From the NCBI GenBank assembly GCA_043816785.1, contig JBDRHP010000002.1:1-26401 (forward strand): a stretch of 26,401 nucleotides of DNA, read 5' to 3'. The stretch comes from Candidatus Margulisiibacteriota bacterium (GTDB taxonomy: Bacteria; Margulisbacteria; WOR-1; O2-12-FULL-45-9). The notes beneath the pieces were generated by a model that did no database searches, was not told the DNA's origin, and was given only the letters and a program-made list of their open reading frames with translations. The position numbers and the translations under genes were made by a program. Of this stretch, positions 1 through 7,809 are shown piece by piece (position 1 is the stretch's first letter; each line of letters opens with the position of its first letter).

Positions 1-97
1 ATTTTGGCTTCAAATCGGAATTTTTTACCTTTGCCCTGAAAGCGGGCGGGCCAAAAACAAATTTTTTCTGCCTCCCCTTCGGAAGAGAGGGAACCTC

Positions 98-1594
98 ATG
101 AAGTATCTGCTTTATGCCAGGAAGTCTACAGAGTCTGAGGAAAGACAAGTCATGTCTATAGATGCCCAGATAGCAGAATTAAAAGAATTTGCCGCCAAAG
201 AAAAACTTGAAATCGTCGCCTCGCTCTGCGAGGCAAAAACTGCCAAAGAACCCGGGCGAACGAAGTTCGCAGAAATGATGAATTACATTGAATCCGGAAA
301 AGCTGAAGGAATTTTGGCTTGGCACCCCGACAGACTAGCCAGAAACTCGGTAGATGGTGGCAAGATCATCTACCTGCTGGACACAGGAAGACTCAAAGCG
401 CTCAAATGCCCTACCTTTTGGTTTGAGAACACCCCTCAAGGGAAGTTCATGCTTAACATCGCTTTTGGCCAAAGCAAATATTACATTGATAATCTCAGCG
501 AAAACGTTAAGCGGGGCTATAGACAGAAAGTTAGGCTAGGCCTGTGGCCAGCTGGACCATCACCGATAGGTTATATCAACAACAGGAAGACCAGAGGGAT
601 TGATGTTGACCATGAAAGGGCCCCGCTAATACGAAAGGCATTTGAGCGCTACGCTACTGGCGACCACACTCTCAAGAATATCCGTAACCTACTCAAAGAG
701 AGTGGCTTTAGGAGTCACAAAGGAAATGCCTACGCTACTTCCTGTGTCCAGCGCATACTGCAAAACCCTGTCTACTACGGAGCCATCAGGTTTAACAGGG
801 AAATCTCCGAAGGGGTGCATGAGCCAATTATTTCCAAGCAACTTTTTGATCAGGCCCAAGCAGTAATGGCTAATAGAGGTAAGAAACATCGCAAGCGAAA
901 ACACGAGCATGCCTTTGTTGGGCTAATGAAGTGTGGCACCTGCGACTGCGCCATTACCGCTGAAAGGCAGAAGGGACACATCTATTACCGGTGCACTAAA
1001 AAGCATGGTGTGTGCGAAGAGAAGTACGTCAGAGAAGAAACACTAGCGGAGCAGTTCAGGGAGATTGTTCAAAAAGTTGCTTTGCCTGATGATTGGGCCA
1101 AGCTGATGCTTACAAAACTAGATCAAGAAAAAGCAGAGTCCAACAGCAATCATCAGGCAGTTGTTCAAAATCTCCAGGCTCAAAGAAAAGATATTGAACA
1201 GAAACTAGATCAGCTTTTAGATTTACACCTTGATGGCAGCCTTGATGCAGATGAGTATCGCCAGAAGAAAAACCAGCTATCTAACCAAAAGATTGGAATT
1301 GGACAGAGAATACGAGATTTTGAACAACAGGGAAATAATTGGCTCGAACCGATGAGAGCCCTCATTAATTCCTCGTGCCAAGCCAAAATTCTGGTGGGGT
1401 CAGAAAAATATAATGATATTCATACATTTCTAAAAAATATCGGCTCGAACTTTATTTTAAAAGGTAAAAAATTCCGATTTGAAGCCAAAATCGGTTGGCG
1501 GCAGCTGCTGAAAAAATCGCCTTATAATAAATGGCTGGCGGGCAGGGAATCGAACCCCGATTGGATGAATCAAAATCATCTGTCCTACCGTTAG
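98..1594 (+). CDS. Large serine recombinase (resolvase + recombinase + zinc-ribbon + coiled coil)
   Basis: N-terminal YARKS catalytic Ser motif, DRLARN, YYIDNLSENVKRG, PIGY, ILQNPVYYG, HEPIIS, CGTC...YYRC...C zinc ribbon and coiled coil. The last ~21 codons overlap the tRNA on the opposite strand. Confidence 0.95.
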   Translation: MKYLLYARKSTESEERQVMSIDAQIAELKEFAAKEKLEIVASLCEAKTAKEPGRTKFAEMMNYIESGKAEGILAWHPDRLARNSVDGGKIIYLLDTGRLKALKCPTFWFENTPQGKFMLNIAFGQSKYYIDNLSENVKRGYRQKVRLGLWPAGPSPIGYINNRKTRGIDVDHERAPLIRKAFERYATGDHTLKNIRNLLKESGFRSHKGNAYATSCVQRILQNPVYYGAIRFNREISEGVHEPIISKQLFDQAQAVMANRGKKHRKRKHEHAFVGLMKCGTCDCAITAERQKGHIYYRCTKKHGVCEEKYVREETLAEQFREIVQKVALPDDWAKLMLTKLDQEKAESNSNHQAVVQNLQAQRKDIEQKLDQLLDLHLDGSLDADEYRQKKNQLSNQKIGIGQRIRDFEQQGNNWLEPMRALINSSCQAKILVGSEKYNDIHTFLKNIGSNFILKGKKFRFEAKIGWRQLLKKSPYNKWLAGRESNPDWMNQNHLSYR

Positions 1595-1605
1595 ACGACC
1601 CGCCA
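1532..1605 (-). tRNA. tRNA-Gln (anticodon TTG)
   Basis: Minus strand TGGCGGG-TC-GTCTAACGGTAGGAC-A-GATGA-TTTTGAT-TCATC-CAAT-CGGGG-TTCGATT-CCCTG-CCCGCCA-GCCA folds as a cloverleaf with encoded CCA. Confidence 0.95.
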
Positions 1606-1609
1606 ATAA

Positions 1610-1861
1610 TTACCTGCCCGATTTTGCAAAAACCCCCTTAAGAAATCTTCTGCCACTCGTTGTTTTTAAATATTTTTCTCTTTTGGTCGCTTCGCTAAAA
1701 TTGCTATATTCTTCGGTATAGATAACTTCCCAAGGCATGTATCTCTTTGTATATTGATGCTTCCCAGAATTATGCTCATGCGTTCTTCTTGTTAAATCAG
1801 CGGTTATCCCTACATAACTCTTTTTAGCAATTCTGCTTTTTAACACATAAACCGTATGCAT
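1610..1861 (-). CDS. Small solo GIY-YIG nuclease (YazA/YhbQ-like), ~83 aa
   Basis: VYVLKS...SYVGITADLTRR..EHNSG...YTK...PWEVIYTEEY...A..REKYLK. ATG at 1861 is preferred because the ORF-track start (1882) lies in the tRNA fragment. Confidence 0.92.
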   Translation of the reverse strand: MHTVYVLKSRIAKKSYVGITADLTRRTHEHNSGKHQYTKRYMPWEVIYTEEYSNFSEATKREKYLKTTSGRRFLKGVFAKSGR

Positions 1862-1869
1862 AATTAAAG

Positions 1870-1973
1870 GAACCAAAATCATCTGTCCTACCCGCCTCGC
1901 CCGACGAGCCCCACATACAACTTACGTCTTACGTCGTCGGGCTCGTCGAGGCGGGCCGTTAGACGACCCGCCA
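1870..1973 (-). pseudogene. Duplicated 5' half of tRNA-Gln, interrupted in the D-loop by a 65-nt hairpin insertion
   Basis: 1870-1890 plus 1956-1973 match 1567-1605 at 38/39 nt. The insert is 1891-1955. Confidence 0.9.
1891..1955. repeat. Inverted-repeat (hairpin) insertion with heptamer repeats in its loop
   Basis: CCCGCCTCG[CCCG]ACGAGCCC pairs with GGGCTCGTCGAGGCGGG. The loop contains CATACAA-CTTACGT-CTTACGT. Confidence 0.85.
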
Positions 1974-2024
1974 GCGACCTTCGGTCGTAATGACTAATGA
2001 TCAAATGACAAATGAATGTCATTA
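1974..2024. repeat. Small hairpin (CGACC-TTC-GGTCG) followed by AATGAC(T/A)-type heptamer repeats
   Basis: AATGACT AATGATC A AATGACA AATGAAT at 1989-2017, the same unit as at 11476-11588. Confidence 0.75.
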
Positions 2025-2036
2025 CTATTAAATTAA

Positions 2037-2065
2037 AGTATACACTTTACACTGAAATTTTTCAA
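2037..2065 (-). promoter_or_regulatory. Sigma-70-type promoter reading toward the tRNA fragment, GIY-YIG and tRNA-Gln
   Basis: TTGAAA-N17-TATACT on the minus strand. Confidence 0.65.
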
Positions 2066-2080
2066 ATAACTGGGCGATAA
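2054..2080 (+). promoter_or_regulatory. Sigma-28 (FliA/WhiG)-like promoter upstream of the RSH-like gene
   Basis: GAAATTTT-N11-GGCGATAA versus consensus TAAAGTTT-N11-GCCGATAA. Confidence 0.55.
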
Positions 2081-2089
2081 ATAGGTGCG

Positions 2090-4552
2090 ATGATAAGGAT
2101 AAATCTATTACCGAGATTAATTCCGAGGCCGGCAAGAAGGCCAGGCCCTGAAATTAGCATCAGCCGGCGTTCCATTCAAAATTTGGCGCGGCCGCTCTTC
2201 GGGATCTCCGATCCCCGCCTCTTCATGGCCTTTCAAACAAGGCCCAGCCATGACCTGATCGATCTCAAAAACGAAATATTAGCCGTGCTGAGAGGCAAAG
2301 AAAGATATATCGAGCAAGAGCTTGAAGTTCTTGAGCAGGCCTTTGACATCATGCTCCGCTTTCATGGCGATGAAAAACTGCCCAACGGTGAAAAGATCAC
2401 TATCCATTTACTCAATGTTGCCAAAACTTTATGCGAATGGGGCTGTAGTCCCCTGCTGGCAGCTGCCGGACTACTTCACCTGGTCCCCATAAAGGAATTG
2501 GAAGAAGAAAACATTAATCAATATGTCATTCACTTAATTAAAAGGAAAGCCGCGATAGGCATCTATTTGTTCACCCCTATTGGTTCCGACAAGTTATCAG
2601 CCAGGGAAGCACGTTATCTCTACAAAATGTGCCTGATGCAAGAGGGAAATAGGGATGTCTGGCTGCTGGAAGCCGCTGACCAGTTCAAAGCATTAACTAC
2701 CCTGAGTGAATTTGGAAAGAGACCGGGCCTGCTGGCCTCAAGAGGCTATCATGTAACCTCGCCTATTTTAAGCGGTTTTGATTTGGATGATATTGCCGTA
2801 AGGCTGGAAAATATTGCCTTTCTGCGCTTGGATCGAGAAGAATATGAACGGATCGAAGCAAAAATCGAAGACACAAATAAGCGCACTCGCATAATGGCGC
2901 TGGCCCATTTAAGGACCTTAACAGACTTGGTTAGCGACGAGTTGCGTAAAGGCGGCATCCCGCATCGAGCCCAATTTGACGTCAAAAGTGTTACCAGAAC
3001 TATGAAAAAAATAAACAAAGGAGAGGAATTAACAGATGCCAGCCGGTTTAGATTCATTATTGACGGAACGCGAAAACAATGTCTGGAGGCCATGGAAACA
3101 ATCATAAATGCAATGGAGATTTTGGATTATACGGAAGACCTAAGGGAAAGGAAAAATTATGTAAATGGCATCTCGGTTGGCCAGCCTTATGACGAAGGCC
3201 CAAAACCAAACGGCTACGAATCCCTTCATCTTCACTTTCGAGGCGAACACAATGAGCCGATCAATGTTCAGATTCGCACCGAGGCAATGCATGAGATGGC
3301 GGAACTTGGGAGCGCCTCGCATGGCAGATTTAAGTTGAATGGTTTAATGGGCGTTGCGTTCGATGTTGCCCAAGCTGAAAGAACTAAGCTGCTTGATGAA
3401 GGCCGCCGCTATGGCTTATACAAAGGGAATCTTTATCGCTTGATCCCGTATCAGTCCGGGGCAAGAATAAAACTGATCGACCTCCTTTTTGCGGTTAGCC
3501 TGGACGAAGGACTGCGTGCGCCGGCTAAAGCAACTATCGAGCGTATCAATCCAGTAACTGGTGAAATTTATGAGATAATGCTGCCGGTGTCAGCCCCACT
3601 AGAAAACGGTGATCACATCCTATCTTTAAAAAAACCAAGAGGGCTGTCTACCAGCCGGGTTCGGGCAAACCAGTTAGGCACTTTACCAGCATTAGTTGCC
3701 TACGCGCTAGCGCGAGCTGGAAAACTAGATCCGGAGTTAATTAAGGTGCGGAGCTCCAGCGCGCAAAAAAGAGGCGAAGCAGCGCTCGGCATCAGGTTTA
3801 CTGACTGGCGCAACAATCAAAAAAATAGGCTGTCATCACTGCTTAAAGGCGCAGGGGAAAATATCACCGCCCTGACCTTTGGCACAACTTTCTCTCCCTT
3901 ACGCGCGGCCAAGGCGATTGGTATGAACAGTGAAGCAGGCATGCATTTGGCGATCGGGCTTGCTGGTAAAAGGGACGAACTCATCAATCAAGTAATGAAC
4001 GTTGTGCGCACATCTTCAACCGCGGTTGCTTTTAAGGTCTTAAGCGATGATGCCAGCTATGCTGATCTGTGGCTGATGGTCTATGATGTCCCAGGAACTA
4101 TTTCTAGTGTCATTAATCTTTTGGCCAGGCAAAACCTTCAGTTATTTCATTTTTCCAGCCGCCCACTTCCTGGAAATTATTCCCTAATTAAGATAAGAGT
4201 AAAAACCAGAAAGAAAGATATTGAAGCAGATCTTTTAGACCTCCTGGCTGCCGGGCGTGATCTTTACCATACTACCAAACCGAAACATCAATTTACGGCA
4301 CCAGTACGCATCAGAGTAAGTGATCTAAAACCAGCAAAAACCACCCTGAGATCGATCTTTGAAATAATCACCGCCATGGGAAAACTTCAAGCTAACATTA
4401 TCTCAACAAATTTTCCGCCCGTGCTTGAAGGCAGGTCAGGCAGCTGGCTAACAATTGAGGTGCCGGGGGGTTATCTTGAAACATTTCAAAGAAGGTTGGA
4501 AACGGAATTAAAAAGAATTGGAATAAACAGCTTTACCGACACCACAATTTAA
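2090..4552 (+). CDS. Divergent long RelA/SpoT homologue (HD-SYNTH-TGS-ACT-ACT-like) with degenerate catalytic motifs and an N-terminal extension
   Basis: IHLLNVA..AAAGLLHLV (HD region), KPNGYESLH, VQIRTEAMHEMAELGSASH, TGS-like PVSAPLENGD and ACT-like VYDVPGTISSVINLL. Confidence 0.85.
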   Translation: MIRINLLPRLIPRPARRPGPEISISRRSIQNLARPLFGISDPRLFMAFQTRPSHDLIDLKNEILAVLRGKERYIEQELEVLEQAFDIMLRFHGDEKLPNGEKITIHLLNVAKTLCEWGCSPLLAAAGLLHLVPIKELEEENINQYVIHLIKRKAAIGIYLFTPIGSDKLSAREARYLYKMCLMQEGNRDVWLLEAADQFKALTTLSEFGKRPGLLASRGYHVTSPILSGFDLDDIAVRLENIAFLRLDREEYERIEAKIEDTNKRTRIMALAHLRTLTDLVSDELRKGGIPHRAQFDVKSVTRTMKKINKGEELTDASRFRFIIDGTRKQCLEAMETIINAMEILDYTEDLRERKNYVNGISVGQPYDEGPKPNGYESLHLHFRGEHNEPINVQIRTEAMHEMAELGSASHGRFKLNGLMGVAFDVAQAERTKLLDEGRRYGLYKGNLYRLIPYQSGARIKLIDLLFAVSLDEGLRAPAKATIERINPVTGEIYEIMLPVSAPLENGDHILSLKKPRGLSTSRVRANQLGTLPALVAYALARAGKLDPELIKVRSSSAQKRGEAALGIRFTDWRNNQKNRLSSLLKGAGENITALTFGTTFSPLRAAKAIGMNSEAGMHLAIGLAGKRDELINQVMNVVRTSSTAVAFKVLSDDASYADLWLMVYDVPGTISSVINLLARQNLQLFHFSSRPLPGNYSLIKIRVKTRKKDIEADLLDLLAAGRDLYHTTKPKHQFTAPVRIRVSDLKPAKTTLRSIFEIITAMGKLQANIISTNFPPVLEGRSGSWLTIEVPGGYLETFQRRLETELKRIGINSFTDTTI

Positions 4553-5652
4553 GATTTCTTGCCCTCATCCTGGCTAAGCTTGAACACTTTCCTTAACAGC
4601 TCCTTTTCAACTGCTGAGATGTTTTTTCCCCGCCGCCCCATGACCAGCTCAGCATTTTTAATCATTTTTTCTAGTTCGTATGTGCCTTTGCTGCCCCAGC
4701 TAAATGAAGCTGTCTCTTTAGCTGTAACCCCTCCTCCAAAAATATTAGCCGCTACCCCAATCATCGCCCCAGTGGTAATCAGAGTCCCAATCCCAGTTTT
4801 CGCATGATCCCCAATAAAACAGCCGACAAATTTCTCGCCTGAATCAATTGATTTCCCATTAATTATAACTTTGACAGTTCCGTAATTATTCTTTAAATCA
4901 GAATTGGTTGTCCCCGCCCCTAAGTTGACCCATTCCCCAATATAAGAATGTCCAATAAATCCATAATGCTGCTTGTTGCTGTAACCATGAATAATTGATT
5001 CGCCAACTTCGCCGCCGATGCGGCACTGCGGCCCGATTGATAGCGGGCCCTTAAGATAGGTCAGCGGCCTGATGATGGTGCCTAGACCAATGTAAACTGG
5101 TCCCTGGCGGGCATCAATCACAGTGTTGGCTTCAACTTCTGCCCCGACATCGATAATGACATCCTGGGGCTTATAGATCTTGACTGTTTTATCTTTCTGC
5201 CCTGTTTTTTTGCCCTTTAAATACTTTTTGTCTGCGAGAATTTGTGCGCCAGTTTCAGCCACCAGTTCCCAGGGATATTTTAAGACCCGGAGATTGACCC
5301 TTTTAGCCTTGGCCTTCTTTTTGACCTCTTCAAAGTTCCTGGTGACCGCCCGGACAGCAACAATCTCATCCCCGGAATAGTATATTTCGTCCTTACCCTT
5401 GAGCAAAATCTCTTTGACCAGGTTTTTATGGGCTAAAAGCCTGCCATTAATAAACAAGCCTTTTTCCAGCCCTAGCATTTTCTCTCCTGGCAGGTAGTGG
5501 CGGCAGCTAAAATTTATTTTATTTTTGGGATACTGACGAATAATTTTCTCAGCCAAGGTATTAATGCCGCAGCGCAGATCGTATACCGGCCTGGTCCAGG
5601 TCAGCGGCAAAAAATTTTTATAACCTTCATCCTCATAAATAATTATATTCAT
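4549..5652 (-). CDS. Sugar-phosphate nucleotidyltransferase/hexapeptide acyltransferase (alternative GlmU-like)
   Basis: NFLPLTWTRPVYDLRCGI, SNKQHYGFIGHSYIGEWVNLGAGTTNSDLKNNY, IGDHAKTGIG. Confidence 0.85.
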   Translation of the reverse strand: MNIIIYEDEGYKNFLPLTWTRPVYDLRCGINTLAEKIIRQYPKNKINFSCRHYLPGEKMLGLEKGLFINGRLLAHKNLVKEILLKGKDEIYYSGDEIVAVRAVTRNFEEVKKKAKAKRVNLRVLKYPWELVAETGAQILADKKYLKGKKTGQKDKTVKIYKPQDVIIDVGAEVEANTVIDARQGPVYIGLGTIIRPLTYLKGPLSIGPQCRIGGEVGESIIHGYSNKQHYGFIGHSYIGEWVNLGAGTTNSDLKNNYGTVKVIINGKSIDSGEKFVGCFIGDHAKTGIGTLITTGAMIGVAANIFGGGVTAKETASFSWGSKGTYELEKMIKNAELVMGRRGKNISAVEKELLRKVFKLSQDEGKKS

Positions 5653-6866
5653 TGCGTTTTCCTTTTATAGTTTGGATCCTCAAAGGAATATTTAAAATGG
5701 GTATGCGTTTCATATCGGCCCTCCAGGATTGCTACGACATCTTCAACAAAAACGATTTCCTCATCAGTGGGAACCACCAAGACCTTGATCTTTGAATCCT
5801 TGGTCGAGATCAAAGTCTCTTTTTCCCGGCTGCGGGTTTTTTCGTTCACCTTGTTATCGAGCTCAATGCCCAAATTTTCCAGTCCTGCCAGCACGTCACG
5901 GCGCAGCTGCCAGTTTAACTCGCCAGCGCCAGCGGTAAAAACAATTGCATCAACTCTGCCCAAGGCCGCTAAATAAGCGCCAATATATTTTTTTAGGCGG
6001 TAAACCTCGATCTGCTGGGCCAGCAAACTGCGCTGATCGCCGGAAGCCGCAGCCTTTTCAATATCCCTGCGGTCCATATATTTGCCGGTAATGCCCAGCA
6101 AGCCTGATTTTTTATTCAAGATCGTATCCAGTTCTTCGGCGTAAAAGCCCTCCTTTTCGATCATAAAAAGAATTATTGCCGGATCAAGATCCCCGCAGCG
6201 CGTTCCCATAACAGCGCCCTCAAGCGGGGTTAGCCCCATACTGGTATCAATCGAAATCCCCTCTTTAACCGCCGTGACGCTGACGCCGTTGCCAATGTGC
6301 ATGGTGATCAAGTTAACCTCAGCCGGACTTTTGCCTAACAACACCGCTGCCCGGCGAGAAACATACAGGTGCGAGGTGCCATGAAAACCGTAGCGCCGGA
6401 CGCCATAGATGCCGTACCATTCGTAAGGCACAGCATAAAGAAAGGCTGGCTCAGGCATGGTCTGGTGAAAAGCTGTGTCAAAAACCGCGATCTGCGGCAC
6501 CTGGGGCATAAACTCTTTGGCCGCTTCAATCCCCAAAATATTTGGCGGATTATGCAGGGGAGCGAGGTCCTGCACACTGCGAATCGCTTCAAGGACTTCG
6601 TCATTAATTAAGATTGAGCTTTTAAATTTTTCGCCGCCGTGCACCACCCGGTGACCCACAGCAGAAATCTCAGCCAGGTCTTTTATCACCGCCTGGTCTC
6701 CCTGGGTCAGGGCATCAATGATCTGTTTTAAGGCTGTGCGATGGTCAGGGCAGCCGCCAATACCGATCCGCTCGATCTCTCCCTGGGTAAGGGTCTGCTT
6801 TTTCCCCCAGCGGTAAAGTTTGTATTTAACAGACGAGCTGCCGCAATTTAAAGCTAAAATAATCAT
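5649..6866 (-). CDS. ackA: Acetate kinase
   Basis: LNCGSSSVK, GHRVVHGGE, LAPLHNP, VFDTAFH, RRYGFHGTSH, DTSMGLTPLEG.MGTRCG, PTDEE. Confidence 0.97.
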   Translation of the reverse strand: MIILALNCGSSSVKYKLYRWGKKQTLTQGEIERIGIGGCPDHRTALKQIIDALTQGDQAVIKDLAEISAVGHRVVHGGEKFKSSILINDEVLEAIRSVQDLAPLHNPPNILGIEAAKEFMPQVPQIAVFDTAFHQTMPEPAFLYAVPYEWYGIYGVRRYGFHGTSHLYVSRRAAVLLGKSPAEVNLITMHIGNGVSVTAVKEGISIDTSMGLTPLEGAVMGTRCGDLDPAIILFMIEKEGFYAEELDTILNKKSGLLGITGKYMDRRDIEKAAASGDQRSLLAQQIEVYRLKKYIGAYLAALGRVDAIVFTAGAGELNWQLRRDVLAGLENLGIELDNKVNEKTRSREKETLISTKDSKIKVLVVPTDEEIVFVEDVVAILEGRYETHTHFKYSFEDPNYKRKTQ

Positions 6867-7762
6867 TTTTTATTTAAAACAAAACCAGAGGACTGACTGA
6901 TTTTCCCTTGCTGATCAACGATCAAGGCCTCAGTGCCAGCCAAGGTCTCAACCAGCTCCAGGCCTCGCGCCGGGCCAAGCACAAAAACCGCGGTTGACAA
7001 AGCATCAGTTTCCGCTGCGTTCCTGCCAACAATTGTCACGCCTTGACACAGCTTGGCCGGTTTACTCGTGCGTGGATCAACAATATGTTGGCCGCGCTCA
7101 TAATCGCCGGAAGTAGCCAGGCTTTGCCCATGAGTAAGCGTAACCGTGCCGATTAATTTGTCTTTTTCTCGGGGATGTTGAATGCCGATTTGCCAACTTC
7201 TCTGGTCCTGCCTGCCGGCAGGCAGGCCAAAAACAGCAATTGAGGAACGCATATCAATCATCCCACTTTTTGCGCCCTTTTTCAGCAGCAGCTGGCGAAC
7301 AGCTTCCGCGGCATAGCCCTTGCCGATACCACCCAGATTGATCTTGGCCCCGTTCTTTTTAAGAAAGATCTTGATCAGGCGATGATCCAAAACCAGAACG
7401 CTGGGGCTGCCCAGAGTTATATCAAACGCTCCCCAAGATAAACAATTAATTATTTGCGCCAACCGCACACAATCAAAGGTATCGCCTGAGACTGCCACTG
7501 GTTCCTGGCCAGCAAATTTATTGACCGTGCTGACCTCGCTGGCTGGTTTTAAGCTGCTTAACAGCTGATCCAATCTTTCGACTTCTTCTAGACCCAGCCT
7601 GGCAAGTTGGCCAGCGCCAGGCCCCTGAACCTTGACCCTGACTGGCGAACCCATAATATAGGCAGTTTTTTCAGCGGAAACATTCAACCTGGCATAAATC
7701 TGTTGCCCGGCAACCAGCACAAGAACAAAGACCAAAAATAAATATAGTAGACGTACTTTCAT
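6863..7762 (-). CDS. apbE: FAD:protein FMN transferase (ApbE family), compact
   Basis: N-terminal hydrophobic segment, IMGS, GAFDIT, LGGIGKGYA, WQIGIQHPR, ATSGDYER, HIVDPRT, DALSTAVFVLG. Start taken at MKVRLL. Confidence 0.9.
   Translation of the reverse strand: MKVRLLYLFLVFVLVLVAGQQIYARLNVSAEKTAYIMGSPVRVKVQGPGAGQLARLGLEEVERLDQLLSSLKPASEVSTVNKFAGQEPVAVSGDTFDCVRLAQIINCLSWGAFDITLGSPSVLVLDHRLIKIFLKKNGAKINLGGIGKGYAAEAVRQLLLKKGAKSGMIDMRSSIAVFGLPAGRQDQRSWQIGIQHPREKDKLIGTVTLTHGQSLATSGDYERGQHIVDPRTSKPAKLCQGVTIVGRNAAETDALSTAVFVLGPARGLELVETLAGTEALIVDQQGKISQSSGFVLNKK
7207..7226. repeat. Perfect 20-bp palindrome CCTGCCTGCCGGCAGGCAGG inside apbE (encodes LPAGRQ)
   Basis: Read directly. A related core GCCTGCCGGCGGGC occurs at 17471-17484. 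Confidence 0.9.
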
Positions 7763-7809
7763 GATGTGCCTGTATATGATATAATAATCAAGACTAATAA
7801 GCAATTGTC

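Larger units (their letters stand above)
1..1605. mobile_element. Probable right end of an integrative element inserted at the 3' end of tRNA-Gln; the element extends left of the window
   Basis: Recombinase gene abuts and overlaps the tRNA 3' end. The second att copy is not visible in the window. Confidence 0.55.

Noticed and set aside
42..92. GC-rich imperfect hairpins upstream of the recombinase
   Set aside because: The pairing is imperfect and single-copy, so it cannot be assigned as an att site, terminator or RNA element.
1606..1869. GIY-YIG region as a group I intron in the tRNA anticodon loop
   Set aside because: The ORF fills the whole interval, leaving no room for a ribozyme core, and the downstream tRNA is already complete.
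1862..1882. ORF-track N-terminal extension of GIY-YIG, and similar extensions of apbE, ylqD, aroC, ilvD and ORF 15227
   Set aside because: The extensions run into the tRNA fragment, promoters or upstream genes. The downstream starts fit family N-termini and SD or promoter positions better.
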